From Octopus vulgaris (taxonomy: Eukaryota): a stretch of 64,000 nucleotides of DNA. Within the stretch, counting starts at the first letter, position 1; each line of letters starts with the position of its first letter. This document shows, piece by piece, positions 37,301 through 50,199 of this stretch. Below the pieces are notes generated by a model. It had not been told where the DNA came from, ran no database searches, and worked only from the letters and a program-made list of their open reading frames with translations. The position numbers and the translations under genes were made by a program. The DNA lies in the NCBI GenBank assembly GCA_951406725.2, contig OX597814.1, positions 214,024,001-214,088,000 of the forward strand, given 5' to 3'.

Positions 37301-40300
37301 TTACCGACCAGGTCCTGCTGAACCAGCCAGTTCATACCTACAGGCAAAACAAGCATTAAATGGTGATGATAATGAGCGAGCTGGCAGAATCGTTAGCACG
37401 TCGGGCAAAATGTTTTGCGGTATTTCGTCTGCCATTACGTTCTGAGTTCAAATTCCGCCGAGGTTGACTTTGCCTTTCATCCTTTCGGGGTCGATAAATT
37501 AAGTACCAGTTACGCACTGGGGTCGATGTAATCGACTTAATACCTATGTCTGTCCTTGTTTAGCCCCTTGTGGGTAATAATGAAATAGGTGATGATAATG
37601 AGCTTTTTCACTCATTTGTGACATTATGCATCAAGGTCACTGAATTCAATATAATTCATAACATAATAAGTATATTATTGTGAAAGGAGAGACTCTTGTT
37701 TTAATAGTCTTTTGCTCTACTTTGATGTTTGCTCATATATTAGCCTATAACCCTTGGATGAAATAAACAGGATCAAATACATTGACTGTATTGTAGACTC
37801 ATTCAATACATGCCAAATGAAAGTTACAGTAAGAATGATAGAAAAGCATATTGTGTATGGTGATGATATATACACACATGCATGTGTGTGTGTTGTCATT
37901 CAATGTTTGGTAGCGATAAAAAAAACACCATTTGAGCATGGCCATTGCCAGTACCGCCTGACTGACCCTCATGCCAGTAGCACGTAAAAGCACCCACTAC
38001 ACTCTCGGAGTGGTTGGCGTTAGGAAGAGCATCCAGCTGTAGAAACTCTGCCAGATCAGATTGGAGCCTGGTACAGCCATCTGGTTTGCCAATCCTCAGT
38101 CAAATCGTCCAACCCATGCTAGCTTAGAAAGCGGACGTTAAACGATGATGTTGATGATGATTTGGTTTTGTAAATATTGTAAAGTAGAAATATACTTTTT
38201 GTCAATTTCTGTTATCTATACATGAAAAAGTACCTCATACTGAGTAAATTATGTACAATTATTGCTCTGCAACAAAAGTATTGTTCTGAAAGTCCAAATT
38301 TTGATCAAGTATTTTATTATTTAAATAGATAATTTTGGTATCAAATTTTGGCACATAGCCTGCAAGTTAAGAGGAAGGTGATAGTTGATTACATCAACCC
38401 CAGTACTCAACTGGTACTTCTTTTATCAACCCCGAAAGGACGAAAGGCAAAGTCAACCCTAGTAGCATTTTCTAAGGAGGCATAGTGGCTGAGTTACTTT
38501 TGAGTGTTGGGCCTCACAGAGGCAATGACTGAGACCTTTGGCATTATGTCGTGCTTGAAAAGACCCATCAAGCTGAGCAAAATTGCAGTTGTAGCAAACA
38601 CCAGTGTCATGCAAATGGCACCTGTGCGAGTGGCACATGAAAACACCCATTATGCTCTCGGAGTGGTTGGCATTAGGAAGGACACCCAGCCGTAGAAAAC
38701 CATGCCAAATCAGACTGGAGCCTGGCACAGCCTTCCGGTGTGTCAGCCCAGTCAAACCATCCAACCCGTGCCAGCATGAACAACGGACGTTAAATGATGA
38801 TGATGAACATAAAGATGGACAAAATACCACTAAGCATTTTGCCCGGCATGGTAACAATTTTGCCAGCTCACTGATAATATTAGAAATTTTTATTAATAAT
38901 AAAGTTCAAAGTCTTATGAGTGGATTTAGTAGACAGAAACTGGAAGAAATCCAGGCGGCGAGGCTGGCAGAAACGTTAGCACGCCGGGCGAAATGCTTAG
39001 CAGTATTTCGTCTGCCATTACATTATGAGTTCAAATTCCGCCAAGGTCGACTTTGCCTGTCATCCTTTTGGGGTCGATAACTGAAGTACCAGTTACACAC
39101 TGAGGTCGATGTAATCGACTTAATCCCTTTGTCTCTCCTTGTTTAGCCCCTTGTGGGCAATAAAGAAATAAGAAACTGGAAGAAATCCATTATGTGTGTG
39201 TGTACTTAAGTCTTGACATCACATGATGGTTGTAAACAAGCATCACCCTCATACAAGCAGTGTTGCTCATTTCTGCTCTTCCATGAAAAATAAGTCTGGC
39301 CATGAGGAAATATTACCTGGGAACAGGTGAGAGTTGGTAATAGGAAGAGCATCTGGTCATAGAAAAAATCTACCTCAACAAAATTTTGTCTGACCCATGC
39401 AAGCACATGGAAAAGTAGATGTTAAGCAATGATGATGATTGTTGTTGTTGCATGGCATTTGCAGTGGGTGGGACTAAAATTGTGGGATCTTTACCTTTTG
39501 ACGTACAGATTTTAAAATAATTTTTTGTAACTAAACACTTTCAAACTTCGGACACTTGTAGAATGTGTCATATAAAACATGTTTTACTCTTAGCATTTTT
39601 GAGAAAAACTAACTTATATTTAGGAAGTTATTTCACGTTAAAATAGGCCTATTTCGGTAATTTCAACCAATCAATGACGTGCATTCAGCTGAATAAAATC
39701 ACTGTCGTTGTTTGTCAACAAGAACTTCTGGCGGTGTATTTTTCGTTTGTTAATGTTATTTATGACACAACCCTAACCCTAAAACCTTAAAGCTAAAACC
39801 AGTAGAAACGCATGAACGATGTCATAAATAACAGTGACAACCGAAATATACACTGGTGATAGTTGTTGTTGACAAACAACAGCACTAATTTTATTCAGCT
39901 GAATACACGTCATTGATTGGTTGAAATTACCGAAATAGGCCTACTTTAACATGAAATTACTTTGTAAATATGTTTTTCTCAAAAATGCTAAGAGTAAAAA
40001 ATGTTTTATATGACACATTCTACCAGTGTCTGAAGTTTGAAAGTGTTTAGTTACAAAAAATTATTTTTTAAATCTGTCGGTCAAAAGGTAAAGATCCAAA
40101 TTGTGAACATGTTTGGAGTAAGGGAAGGTTATTTATCGTTAAAAAAATATGTAATTATCGTTATGGAGAAAACAACTGAAAATATATATATTTGGATTTT
40201 AGTATGACTGATGGGGCCCAGCAAGCTTTAAGGCGTACTATGGAAATTTATTCAAAGACAACTCGATTTGCTCTTGCTTGTAATTCATCAGACAAAATAA

Positions 40301-41989
40301 TTGGTAAGTATTTTATAAGTTTCTTTTTCATCTTTACTTATCTTTTAGTTGTTTCGGTCATTGGGCTGTGGCCATACTGGGGCACTGCCTTGAAGCATTT
40401 TAATTAAACAAATCAACCCCAGTATTTGTTTGTTTGTTTTTTAAGCCTGGTACTTATTTTATCAGTGTATTAAGCCAAACACTAGATTATGAGAGCGGAT
40501 GTAAACAAACCAGCATTGGTTGTTAAGCAGAGGTGGGAGATAAGCACGCGCACACACACACATATATGCATATATATATATATGGAACAAACTGCCGGCA
40601 TCAGTTGTTAGTTGTCAGAGCACTGCATCCTTAAAAACTTCCATGCTTTCTGAGATTTGCCAACACTACACCTGATTTTCTCCCCTCCATACACACACAA
40701 GCATGTATCTGACTCATACATTGTTCGCTTTCCAGACATTTCTATATTACTGCATGCACTTTATATGCACTTTCTGACAAGTTGTGGTGCACCTGAGCAG
40801 TGTATACAATAATTTCACTATTATTTTTATTATATATATATATATATATGTATGTCAAGCTTCTTTCAGTTTCCATCTACCTAATCCGCTCACAAAACTT
40901 TGGTCAATCTGGAGCTGTAGTAGAAGTCAGTTGCCCAGGGTACCACGCAGTGAAACTGAACCCAGAACAATGTGTTTGGGAAGCAAACATCTTACCTCCC
41001 AACCACACCTGCACCTATATTGTACATCATCATCATCATCGTTTAGCGTCCGCTTTCCATGCTGGCATGGGTTGGACGGTTCAACTGGGGTCTGGGAAGC
41101 CAGAAGGCTGCACAAGGCCCAGTCAGATCTGGCAGTGTTTCTAAAGCTGGATGCCCTTCCTAACGCCAACCACTCCGTGAGTGTAGTGGGTGCTTTTTAC
41201 GTGCCACCGGCACGGAGACCAGACGAAGCTGGCAACGGCCGCGGTCGGATGGTGCTTTTTACGCTCCACCGGCACGGAAGCCAGTCAGGGCGGCGCTGGC
41301 TACGGCCATGTTCGGATGGTTCTCTTACGTGCCACCGGCACTGGTATCACAGCTACAAATTCCACTGATGTTGATAGATTACAAAGTGCTCATCATATAC
41401 AGGCCAAAAACTTGGGCTAATTCAGTAATAGACTAAACTGCCAAACATTGATTCAAGCAGTGGTTGAGTAAATAAAACTAGATTTCAATGATGTGATTGT
41501 ATATCTTTAGAATGACATTGTAGGATAGATGTGAGAAGCCTGATCTAGCTGGTTTGAACATAAAAGATAGAATATTTGGGTTTACTCTTTTACTCGTTTC
41601 AGTCATTTGACTGCGGCCATGCTGGAGCACCGCCTTTAGTCGAGCAAATCGACCCCGGGACTTATTCTTTGTAAGCCCAGTACTTATTCTATCGGTCTCT
41701 TTTTGCCGAACCGCTAAGTGATGGGGACGTAAACACACCAGCATCGGTTGTCAGGCAATGCCAGGGGGACAAACACAGACACACTTATATATATATATAT
41801 ACATATATACGACAGGCTTCTTTCAGTTTCCATCTACCAAATCCACTCACAAGGCATTAGTCGGCCCGGGGCTATAGTAGAAGACACTTGCCCAAGATGT
41901 CACGCAGTTGGACTGAACCCGGAACCATGTGGTTGGTAAACAAGCTACTTACCACACAGCCACTCCTGCGCTATGATTATATATCATGT

Positions 41990-42024
<35 letters not shown>

Positions 42025-45000
42025 TTTTAATTTATGCAAATTCTTCACTGGAAAATATGAATGTCCTTCCTTTGTTGTGTTTAGTATAAAATAATCCAAG
42101 GGCACCATTCGAGCATGATAGTTACCAGCGTCGCCTTACTGGCACCTGTGCCAGTAGCATGTGTAAAAAGATTCGAGCGAGGTCATTGCCAGTACCGTCT
42201 GACTGGCCCCTGTGCCGGTGGTACGTAAAAAGCACCCACTGCACACTCGGAGTGGTTGGCATTAGGAAGGGCATCCAGCTGTAGAAACTCTACCAGATCA
42301 AGATTGGGGCCTGGTGCAGCCATCTGGTTTGCCATCCCTCAGTGAAAATCGTCCAACCCATGCTGGCATGGAAAGCGGACGTTAAACGATGATGATGAAG
42401 GTGAGCTGGCAGAATCATTAGCACACTGGGCAAAATGCTTTGTGGCATTTCGTCTGTCCCCATGTTTTGAGTTCAAATTTTGCTGAGGTTGACTTTACCT
42501 TTCATCCTTTCAGGGTCAATAAGATAAGTACCAGTTAAGGACTATAGTCAATGTAATCAACTTGCCCCCTTCCCTGAAACTTGCAGCTCTTGTGCCAAAA
42601 TTTGAAAGGAATCTAAAGTCTGTGAATTTATATTCAGTTTTACATAATATCACATCTTTATGATATATAAACAATACAAAACATTTTTAAAATCACTTTT
42701 TTTTTAATCACAAGAATTCAGAAATCAAAATATATCCCATGTATAGCTCATTATGTATTAAAACTTATAATGCTGTATGCAGTTTTCAAAATTGTTGTAG
42801 ATTTTTGATTCACAGTGTTAGACCTATTCATGTTGACATTAAAAATGATATTTTGATGTTAGCACAATATTGACCAGACTCCGATATTGTTATACACCAT
42901 TGGTCTCAATGTGAGGATGCACATTCATCATCATCGTTTTCCATGCTAGCATGGGTTGGACGGTTCGACCGGGGTCTGGGAAGCCAGGAGGCTGCACCAG
43001 GCTCCAGTCTGATCTGGTAGTGTTTCTACAGCTGGATGCCTTTTCCTAACGCCAACCACTCCGTGAGTGTAGTGAGTGTTTTTTACGTGCCACCAGCACT
43101 GGGGCCACAGGAGGCTGGCAAACGACTACGATCGGTTGATGCTTTTACGTGTCACCAACACGGACACCAGTCAGGCGGCGCTGGCATCTACCACATTCGG
43201 ACGGTGCTTTTTACGTGTCACCAACACGGGTATCTTAACTACAATTTCCATTTCAAATGATGTCACCCTACTGGCTAGACTGACAGGTCAACAATTCCAC
43301 TGAACAAAGGCCAGTCCACTGCAGGGTTGCCTACTTAGAGCTGAATGGACTGAAGCAATATGAAATGAAATGTTTTATTCAAGAACTCAATACACCACCA
43401 GTCTGGGAATTGAAACAATGATGAGGCAATCATGAAAGCAACACCCTAACCACTAGGCCACATGCCTTCATGTTTTGATGTTATATTCATCATCATCATC
43501 GTTTAACGTCCGCTTTCCATGCTAGCATGGGTTGGACGGTTCAACTGGGGTCTGGGAAGCCCGAAGGCTGCACCAGGCTCCAGTCAGATCTGGCAGTGTT
43601 TCTACGGCTGGATGCCCTTCCTAACGCCAACCACTCCGTGAGTGTAGTGGGTGCTTTTTATGTGCCACCGACACAGGTGCCAGACGGGGCTGGCGAACGG
43701 CCACGCTCGGATGGTGCTTTTTACGTGCCACCGGCACGGAGGCCGGGCGAGGCTGGCACGGCCACGATCGGATGGTGCTTTTTACGTGCCACCAGCACGG
43801 AGGCCGGGCGAGGCTGGCACGGCCACGATCGGATGGTGCTTTTTACGTGCCACCGGCACGGAGGCCAGGCGAGGCTGGCATGGCCACGATCGGATGGTGT
43901 TTGCTACGTGCCACCAGCACGGAGGCCAGTCGTTGCGGTGCTGGCTACGGCCATGTTCGGATGGTTCTCTTATGTGCCACCGGCACTGGTACCACAAACT
44001 ACAAATTCCATTGATGTGGATCGATTTCGATTTGATTTTTTGATTCTTTGATTTTCACTTGCCTTTGATATCTATTAAATAAATATTTGTATATTGATCT
44101 GACATGGAAGTGATATCTCATTTTGAAATCATTGAGGTGATATGACCTCACTAAGAAGTACGAATATTGCTGTACTTTATTTCCTTTGAAACTTTTTTTT
44201 CACTTGGACTGTTTACTTTATCAACCTATCCGTTCATGTCCGTTGCCAGCCTCGCCTGGCCCCCGTGCCGTTGGCACGTAAAAGCACCATCCGCTCGTGT
44301 CCGTTGCCAGCCTCGCCTGACCCCTGTGCCGGTGGCACGTAAAAACACCATCCGTTCGTGGCCGTTTGCCAGCTCTGTCTGGCACCTGTGCAGGTGGCAC
44401 GTAAAAAGCACCCACTACACTCACGGAGTGGTTGGCGTTAGGAAGGGCATCCAGCCGTAGAAACACTGCCAAATCTGACTGGGCCTGATGAAGCCTTCCG
44501 GCTTCACAGACCCCAGTTGACCCGTCCAACCCATGCTAGCATGGAGAACGGACGCTAAATGATGATGATGATTACTTCAGAGGGTTTTTTTGGGTTTTTT
44601 TCTATTTTGTATTTTTCTCTTTTTCCAGAACCAATACAATCACGTTGTGCAGTGTTGCGTTATTCTCGGTTGACAGATGCACAAGTATTGTCCCGGTTAT
44701 TGACTATTTGCGAAAAAGAGACAGTCAGCTATACAGATGATGGCTTACAGGCTATTGTATTCACAGCACAAGGTGACATGAGACAGGTTGGGAAAGAGAA
44801 TAATTACATTTTCTACTTTCTGTTTACTCTCATTTTTCATACTCAAGTTAGAGCAACTATTTCATAGTTAGATGTCCTTCCTGTTAAATTCCACTCAAAA
44901 GATTTTGGCCAACCTTAGAAGACACTTATTCAAGGTGCCATGCAGTGAAATCAAACCCAGACCATGCCGCTGCAATACAGGTTTCTTTAACACACAGCCA

Positions 45001-48000
45001 AACTTAAATCTATTTATTTTTCAGAAGTGCAATATAATAGGTGATCTTAGACTTTTGTTCTCATAGTTCTTCATCTTAATCGTTCCTCAACTATTATTGT
45101 CACTATCGTAAGAACACTTTATGGTTATGCTTTACCAACTGAAATCAGAAGAAAATTGATATATCCAGAGTTGTCTCCCATACTTTTGAAACCGCTGTTA
45201 GCTATTCAAGGCCGATATTAATTTAATAGGCTTAATTTTTCTTTTTAATTTTGCAAGATGCAAACTATAATTCCATTAATAAAAAAAAACATACTACATT
45301 TTTCCAGAAATGTTATCTACATAGATAAGCATCCAAGCTAAGTCTTAACTATTATAAGTCCTTTGGAGTTCTTGAAGATGTTTATATTACATTACAATTT
45401 ACCATCAGCCTCCTAGTTTAAATGTATCCTTTTTGTCCACCCTTTAACTGTTAATATCCATTTTGTTTGACTCATACTTACTGGATACACATTTGAGATC
45501 TGACTAAAAACATGCATAGTTCAAACTGCAAGAAAAAAAGAGGAACTCATTATATTGTCAACACAGTAACTCTTTAGATGTCAAATATGTATGTTCTCTG
45601 TATTTACTTCACACTATTTCAGATTCTACACCCCATTTCCTTTTTTTTTTAAGGGCTTGAATAACCTGCAGTCTACTTTTCAAGGATTTGGTCATGTTAA
45701 TAGTGAAAATGTTTTCAAAGTAAGTGCTTTCTGTAAATTTATAATATATAATAATAATGATAATGAAATTATTGTATACAGTGCTCAGGTGCACCACAAC
45801 TTGTCAGAAAGTGCATATAAAGTACATGCAGTAATGTACAAATGTCTGGAAAGCGAACAATGTATGAGTCAGATACATGCTTGTGTGTGTATGGAGGGGA
45901 GAAAATCAGGTGTAGTGTTGGCGAATCTCGGGAAGCATGGAACTTTTGAAGGATGCAGTGCTCCGACAACTAACAACTGATGCTGACAGTTTGTTCCATG
46001 CTTCAGCAACTCTCAGCGTGAAAAAATGTTTCCTAAAGTCATGGGAGCTGTGCTGTTTTCTGACTTTGTAAATATGTCCACGGGTGTTAGACGGGTGGAG
46101 TTTGAAAAGGTGCTCAGAGTTATTGTTTGTAAGATGGTTGATAATTTGTAACTCTTAGCGTGACTATCCTGTATGCTATTAATGGAGCATTGATTGCCAA
46201 TAGTTACTATTGAACTGGATTAGTTGAAAATATGTTTTCTATTGAGTTTGAAGGTTTTAATCTTATCAGCAGAAATTTGATTTAATAAACACTACAGTGG
46301 TTGTTTGAATACAAAAAAGCTGTTTTGGTTATGCAGTTGTTTTAAATTCTGATTTTGTAATCATACTTTAATGTAAACAAATACTGTGAATGTTCTGGTT
46401 TCTGACTGCTTTTCTAAACACAGCCTCATCAGCATATTGAATCTAGTTGCTCTCTGCTAAACAGCAACATCAACAGACTAGCAATGTTCTTACCACTCAC
46501 TCTGCTAAACAGAAAGATCACCTCTTATAATTTGATAATTCAAACAATTATGAAAATATGAAATATTGAACTATCGGAATATGTTGCAATATTGTGACAG
46601 AAACTAGAACTAACTCAAAGCATAGTGTAATTGTTCAAACTAGTAAATACCTTAAATCTCTTTCTATTCAACATTCCACTTATTTTCCTGTTCCTCTTTA
46701 ATCCTGCAATAAAGTTTGGTGTCTCAATTTTCTATCTCACACTCATCATCATCATCGTTTAACGTCCGCTTTCCATGCTAGCATGGGTTGGACGGTTCAA
46801 CTGGGGTCTGAGAAGCCCGAAGGCTGCACCAGGCCAGTCAGATCTGGCAGTGTTTCTACAGCTGGATGCCCTTCCTAACGCCAACCACTCCGTGAGTGTA
46901 GTGGGTGCTTTTTATGTGCCACCGACACAGGTGCCAGACGAGGCTGGCAAACGGCCACGCTCGGATGGTGTTTTTTTTTTTTTCACCCGAACCAAAATCT
47001 GGATAAACTGAAGTCATTGTGAAGTGCATTTTAAAATGACGTATCAACTATCAAACTAAATACCAATCACCAGTTTCACTAACATTATTGTCTCTTTTCC
47101 TACATGTTCCGTTGCCATAACATGTAGTGGAAAGAATTCAGGATACTAACTAGAACTGATGACAAGATGCACAGTTTCAACTGTTTAATTAGGGAATCAA
47201 TTATCACTTGACCATTGAGACTTCTCAATACTCCCTGTATCATCATCATCATCGTTTAATGTCCGCTTTCCATGCTAGCATGGGTTGGACGATTTTAACT
47301 GAGAGCTGGTGAACCAGATGGCTGCACCAGGCTCCAATCTTGATTTGGCAGAGTTTCTACAGCTGGATGCCCTTCCTAACGCCAACCACTCCGAGAATGT
47401 AGTGGGTGCTTTTTACGTGCCACCGGCATGGGGGCCAGTCAGGCGGTACTGGCAATGACCTCGCTCAAATCTTTTTACACATGCCACCAGCACAGGTGCC
47501 ACTAAGGCGACACTGGTAACGATCACACTCGAATGGTGCCTTTTATGTGCCACCGGCACGAAAGCCAGTTGGCTGCACTGGCAACGATCACACTCGGATG
47601 GTGCTCTTGGCACCCTACTAGCATGGGGCACAAGTGCCAGTAAGGCGACGCTGGTAACGATCACACTCGAATGGTGCCCTTTTATGTGCCACTGGCACAG
47701 AGGCCGGTTAGCTGTTCCGTCAACGATCACACTCGTATGGTGCTCTTTGCACCCCACTAGCACGGATGCCAGTCATCATTTTACACATTAGATTTTTCCA
47801 AAATGTTTCCACTGACTTGGTTGTACAGCACTGCTCAAGATTTAATATTCACTCAACTATTCATTGCCATTCTGAATTTACATAACTTTACATTCATCTG
47901 CCGTTAAAAAATGTTTAGGAGGAGATGACAACAGAATCACTATTGGCAACCTTGTCTCCAGTCTTTGTAGATTATGTTGTATTTCTTTTCAGGTATGCGA

Positions 48001-50012
48001 TGAACCACACCCTTTGCTAATAAAGGACATGCTGCAGCATTGTGTTGATGGTAAAATAGATGAAGCCTATCAAGTCATGTCTCATCTCTGGAAATTGGGA
48101 TACGCTCCAGAAGACATTATTGGGATTGTGTTTCGTGTTTGCAAAACATTTAATATGGCAGAATACCTTAAACTAGAATTCATAAAGGTCAGTTTCTTCT
48201 ATCATTGCCTTCTTGTAATAATTAATCTTAATTATAATATATCTTGGCAATAAACATGTTTCTTTTAATATCAGCTAAGTCAACATTGAAGATGAAACTG
48301 AAAATTAAAATATTCGTCTAGAGGATTTAGTTGGTATGATGAATGTCGGGTGGAAAATATATGTAAAGTATTGTGAAAATCAGAATGAAGAATTATGACC
48401 AATGTTTTATAACGTTGCTAATCCAAATGATTACTATTTATGCCTCCTCACATTCAGGTTTTGTCCTTTCCAAAATATTTCATAATAATAAAAACTTTGT
48501 CGATTCACTTTAAAATTTGACACGACTGTTAAGAGATTGTCAGTAATGTAAGATAAACTCATTAGATTTACATCTATAATCTTTTCATCATCATCATCGT
48601 TTAACGTCCGCTTTCCATGCTAGCATGGGTTGGACGATTTGACTGAGGTCTGGCAAACCAGATGGCTGCACCAGACTCCAATCTGATCTGGCAGAGTTTC
48701 TACACCTGGATGCCCTTCCTAACGCCAAGTATCCTAGTGATATTAACTGGTTGTATGTTTCCTAACTTCAGAAGAGGGTATCTGTGAAAAAAAGAAAAAA
48801 TTGGTTAATACAAGAACTATTTTGGGTCATAGCTAAGATGCTATGTTAGTTGTAGATTTTATGTTAGTAGGCTAAACTTTGCAGATGGAGAAAGGTGCAA
48901 GGAAATGTTAGGTCTATTAAGCATAGAGTATTTCTTATGACTGTTGAGCTTGTAGATAGTCTAAGAATCAATCATCATCATCATTTAACGTCTGTTTTCC
49001 ATGCAAGCATGGGTTGGACGGTTCGACCAAGGTCTGGCAAGCCATGGAGGCTGCACCAGGCTCCAGTCTGATGTGGCAGTGTTTCTACAGCTGGATGCCC
49101 TTCCTAACGCCAACCACTCCGTGAGTGTAGTGGGTGTTTTTTTACGTGCCACCAGCACAGGGGCCAGAGGAGGCTGGCAAACAGCCACGATCGGTTGGTG
49201 TTTTTGCATGTCACCGACACGGGCGCCAGTCAGGCGGCGCTGGCATCTGCCACGTTCAGACGGTGCTTTTTACGTGTCACCGGCACATTCATATTAACCC
49301 TTTAACATTCAGATTTCGTTTTCAAATTCACATTGTTTTGAATTAATTATGCATTGTGGCACGTAAAAAGCACCCACTACACTCACGGAGTGGTTGGCAT
49401 TAGGAAGGGCATCCAGCTGTAGAAACACTGCCAGATCAGACTGGGCCTGGTGCAGCCTTCTGGCTTCCCAGACCCCAGTTGAACCGTCCAACCTATGCCA
49501 GCATGGAAAGCGGACGTTAAATCATGCATTATATTGTAGCTTCAAAATTTCAGTAGGGTGTTTGTATATATTTTTTTAATGACAGGAAGGGCATCCAACT
49601 GTAGAAACACTGCCAGATCAGACTGGAGCCTGATGCAGCCTTCTGGCTCCCCAGTTGAACCGTCCAACCCATGCTAGCATGGAGAACAGATGTTAAACGA
49701 TTGTAGGGTGGGTGTGAGAGGTTGGATCTGGTCAGTTTTAACGTAACACAGGCAGAATATTTGGGCCTGATATGGCCAGATTAAATACTAAAAGGTTAAA
49801 AGATCTTACCTACTTATGCAATTCGAATTATGTTCAAACTATTGTTCTTCCTTTTTAATTTAATTTAATATGATTGATTTTATTTTTTCTTATAGGAGAT
49901 TGGTTATACACATATGCGAATTGTTCAAGGTGTTAATACTTTGCTACAGATGTCTGCTCTTCTCGCAAGGTTGTGTAAAATTTCTGTCATATCAAAAGAA
50001 GATTCACAATAA
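31234..50012 (+). CDS. RFC2: Replication factor C subunit 2 (clamp loader small subunit), 9 coding exons, 1044 nt, 347 aa
   Basis: Join 31234-31319, 33321-33432, 34347-34453, 36391-36492, 40203-40303, 44629-44786, 45654-45719, 47993-48187, 49896-50012; phases consistent, GT-AG introns; PWVEKYRP, Walker [24 protein letters not shown], Walker B IILDEADSMT, SRC, GDMR, KVCDEPHP. Confidence 0.97.
31790..32186 (+). mobile_element. SINE family A (RFC2 intron 1)
   Basis: Full copy. Confidence 0.9.
32377..32545. mobile_element. Small Merlin-like MITE
   Basis: TIRs GG(A)TACTACTTAAGAAGAGTGGTCCCGGTGC / GCACCGGGACCACTCTTCTTAAGTAGTACC; 8-bp TSD TATATTCA. Confidence 0.8.
33321..33432 (+). CDS. RFC2: RFC2 exon 2
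   Basis: [37 protein letters not shown]; TTTAG| and |GTAAGT. Confidence 0.97.
33712..34215. mobile_element. piggyBac-like MITE with nested family C SINE
   Basis: TTAA|CCCTTTCATTAC ... GTAACGAAAGGG|TTAA. Confidence 0.75.
34347..34453 (+). CDS. RFC2: RFC2 exon 3 (Walker A)
   Basis: [35 protein letters not shown]. Confidence 0.97.
34493..34693. mobile_element. hAT (Charlie/Buster-like) MITE
   Basis: TIRs CAGTGCTTTTCAA / TTGAAAACCACTG; perfect 8-bp TSD GTCTAGAT. Confidence 0.85.
34845..35095 (-). mobile_element. LINE reverse-transcriptase remnant
   Basis: [19 protein letters not shown] resembles GVPQGSxLxPxLFLLYINDL. Confidence 0.55.
36391..36492 (+). CDS. RFC2: RFC2 exon 4 (Walker B)
   Basis: [33 protein letters not shown]. 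Confidence 0.97.
36750..37136 (+). mobile_element. Bipartite non-autonomous RTE derivative (5' UTR-like part joined to 3' tail)
   Basis: GC-rich; GCTATGCCG...AGAGCCACCCAAGGCGGATTGGTC resembles the RTE/BovB 5' UTR motif; 37084-37136 matches the tail seen at 10054-10108. Confidence 0.65.
37375..37590 (+). mobile_element. SINE family B
   Basis: Full copy; others near 24970, 38345, 38953, 42400, 51032, 58370. Confidence 0.85.
39485..40097. mobile_element. Palindromic Merlin-like MITE (~280-bp arms)
   Basis: GGATCTTTACCTTTTGAC...GTCAAAAGGTAAAGATCC; perfect 8-bp TSD AAATTGTG; CCCTAA-like spacer. Confidence 0.85.
40203..40303 (+). CDS. RFC2: RFC2 exon 5
   Basis: [33 protein letters not shown]. 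Confidence 0.97.
40583..40828 (+). mobile_element. CR1-type LINE 3' end
   Basis: [11 protein letters not shown] plus 3' UTR and (ATT)n-like tail; inverse copy at 45750. Confidence 0.75.
41582..41971 (-). mobile_element. SINE family A
   Basis: Full copy. Confidence 0.9.
44629..44786 (+). CDS. RFC2: RFC2 exon 6 (SRC arginine finger, GDMR)
   Basis: [12 protein letters not shown]...[11 protein letters not shown]. Confidence 0.97.
45654..45719 (+). CDS. RFC2: RFC2 exon 7
   Basis: [22 protein letters not shown]. Confidence 0.95.
45750..46150 (-). mobile_element. CR1-type LINE 3' end
   Basis: Minus strand [33 protein letters not shown] plus 3' UTR. Confidence 0.8.
47993..48187 (+). CDS. RFC2: RFC2 exon 8
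   Basis: [17 protein letters not shown]...LGYAPEDII...EYLKLEFIK. Confidence 0.97.
49298..49795. mobile_element. piggyBac-like MITE with nested family C pieces
   Basis: TTAA|CCCTTTAACATT ... ATACTAAAAGG|TTAA. Confidence 0.6.
49896..50012 (+). CDS. RFC2: RFC2 exon 9 (terminal)
   Basis: [38 protein letters not shown]. Confidence 0.96.
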   Translation, partial: EIGYTHMRIVQGVNTLLQMSALLARLCKISVISKEDSQ

Positions 50013-50147
50013 ACTTGCAAATATTTTGAATAAAAAAAGGACTTTAAAAATTTCATACAATATTTGCTAATAAAGGAAACAGTTTTATGTATCACAGGGA
50101 GGTTTTGTTGGGGTGGGGAAAGGGTTTGCAATCCTATCATTTTAAAG

Positions 50148-50153
50148 AATAAA
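50148..50153 (+). terminator. Candidate RFC2 polyadenylation signal
   Basis: AATAAA 136 nt after the stop; other AATAAA hexamers overlap the stop and lie at about 50029. Confidence 0.5.
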
Positions 50154-50199
50154 ATGTGTATTTCAGCCCCTCAGTAATTTCATTTTCATTAAACATATT

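Noticed and set aside
43527-44051. 174-aa ORF and similar [16 protein letters not shown] ORFs
   Set aside because: Recurrent translations of family C SINE copies.
45617-45653. Alternative upstream acceptor TTTCAG for exon 7
   Set aside because: Would add 31 nt and frameshift; the downstream AAG gives the conserved peptide.
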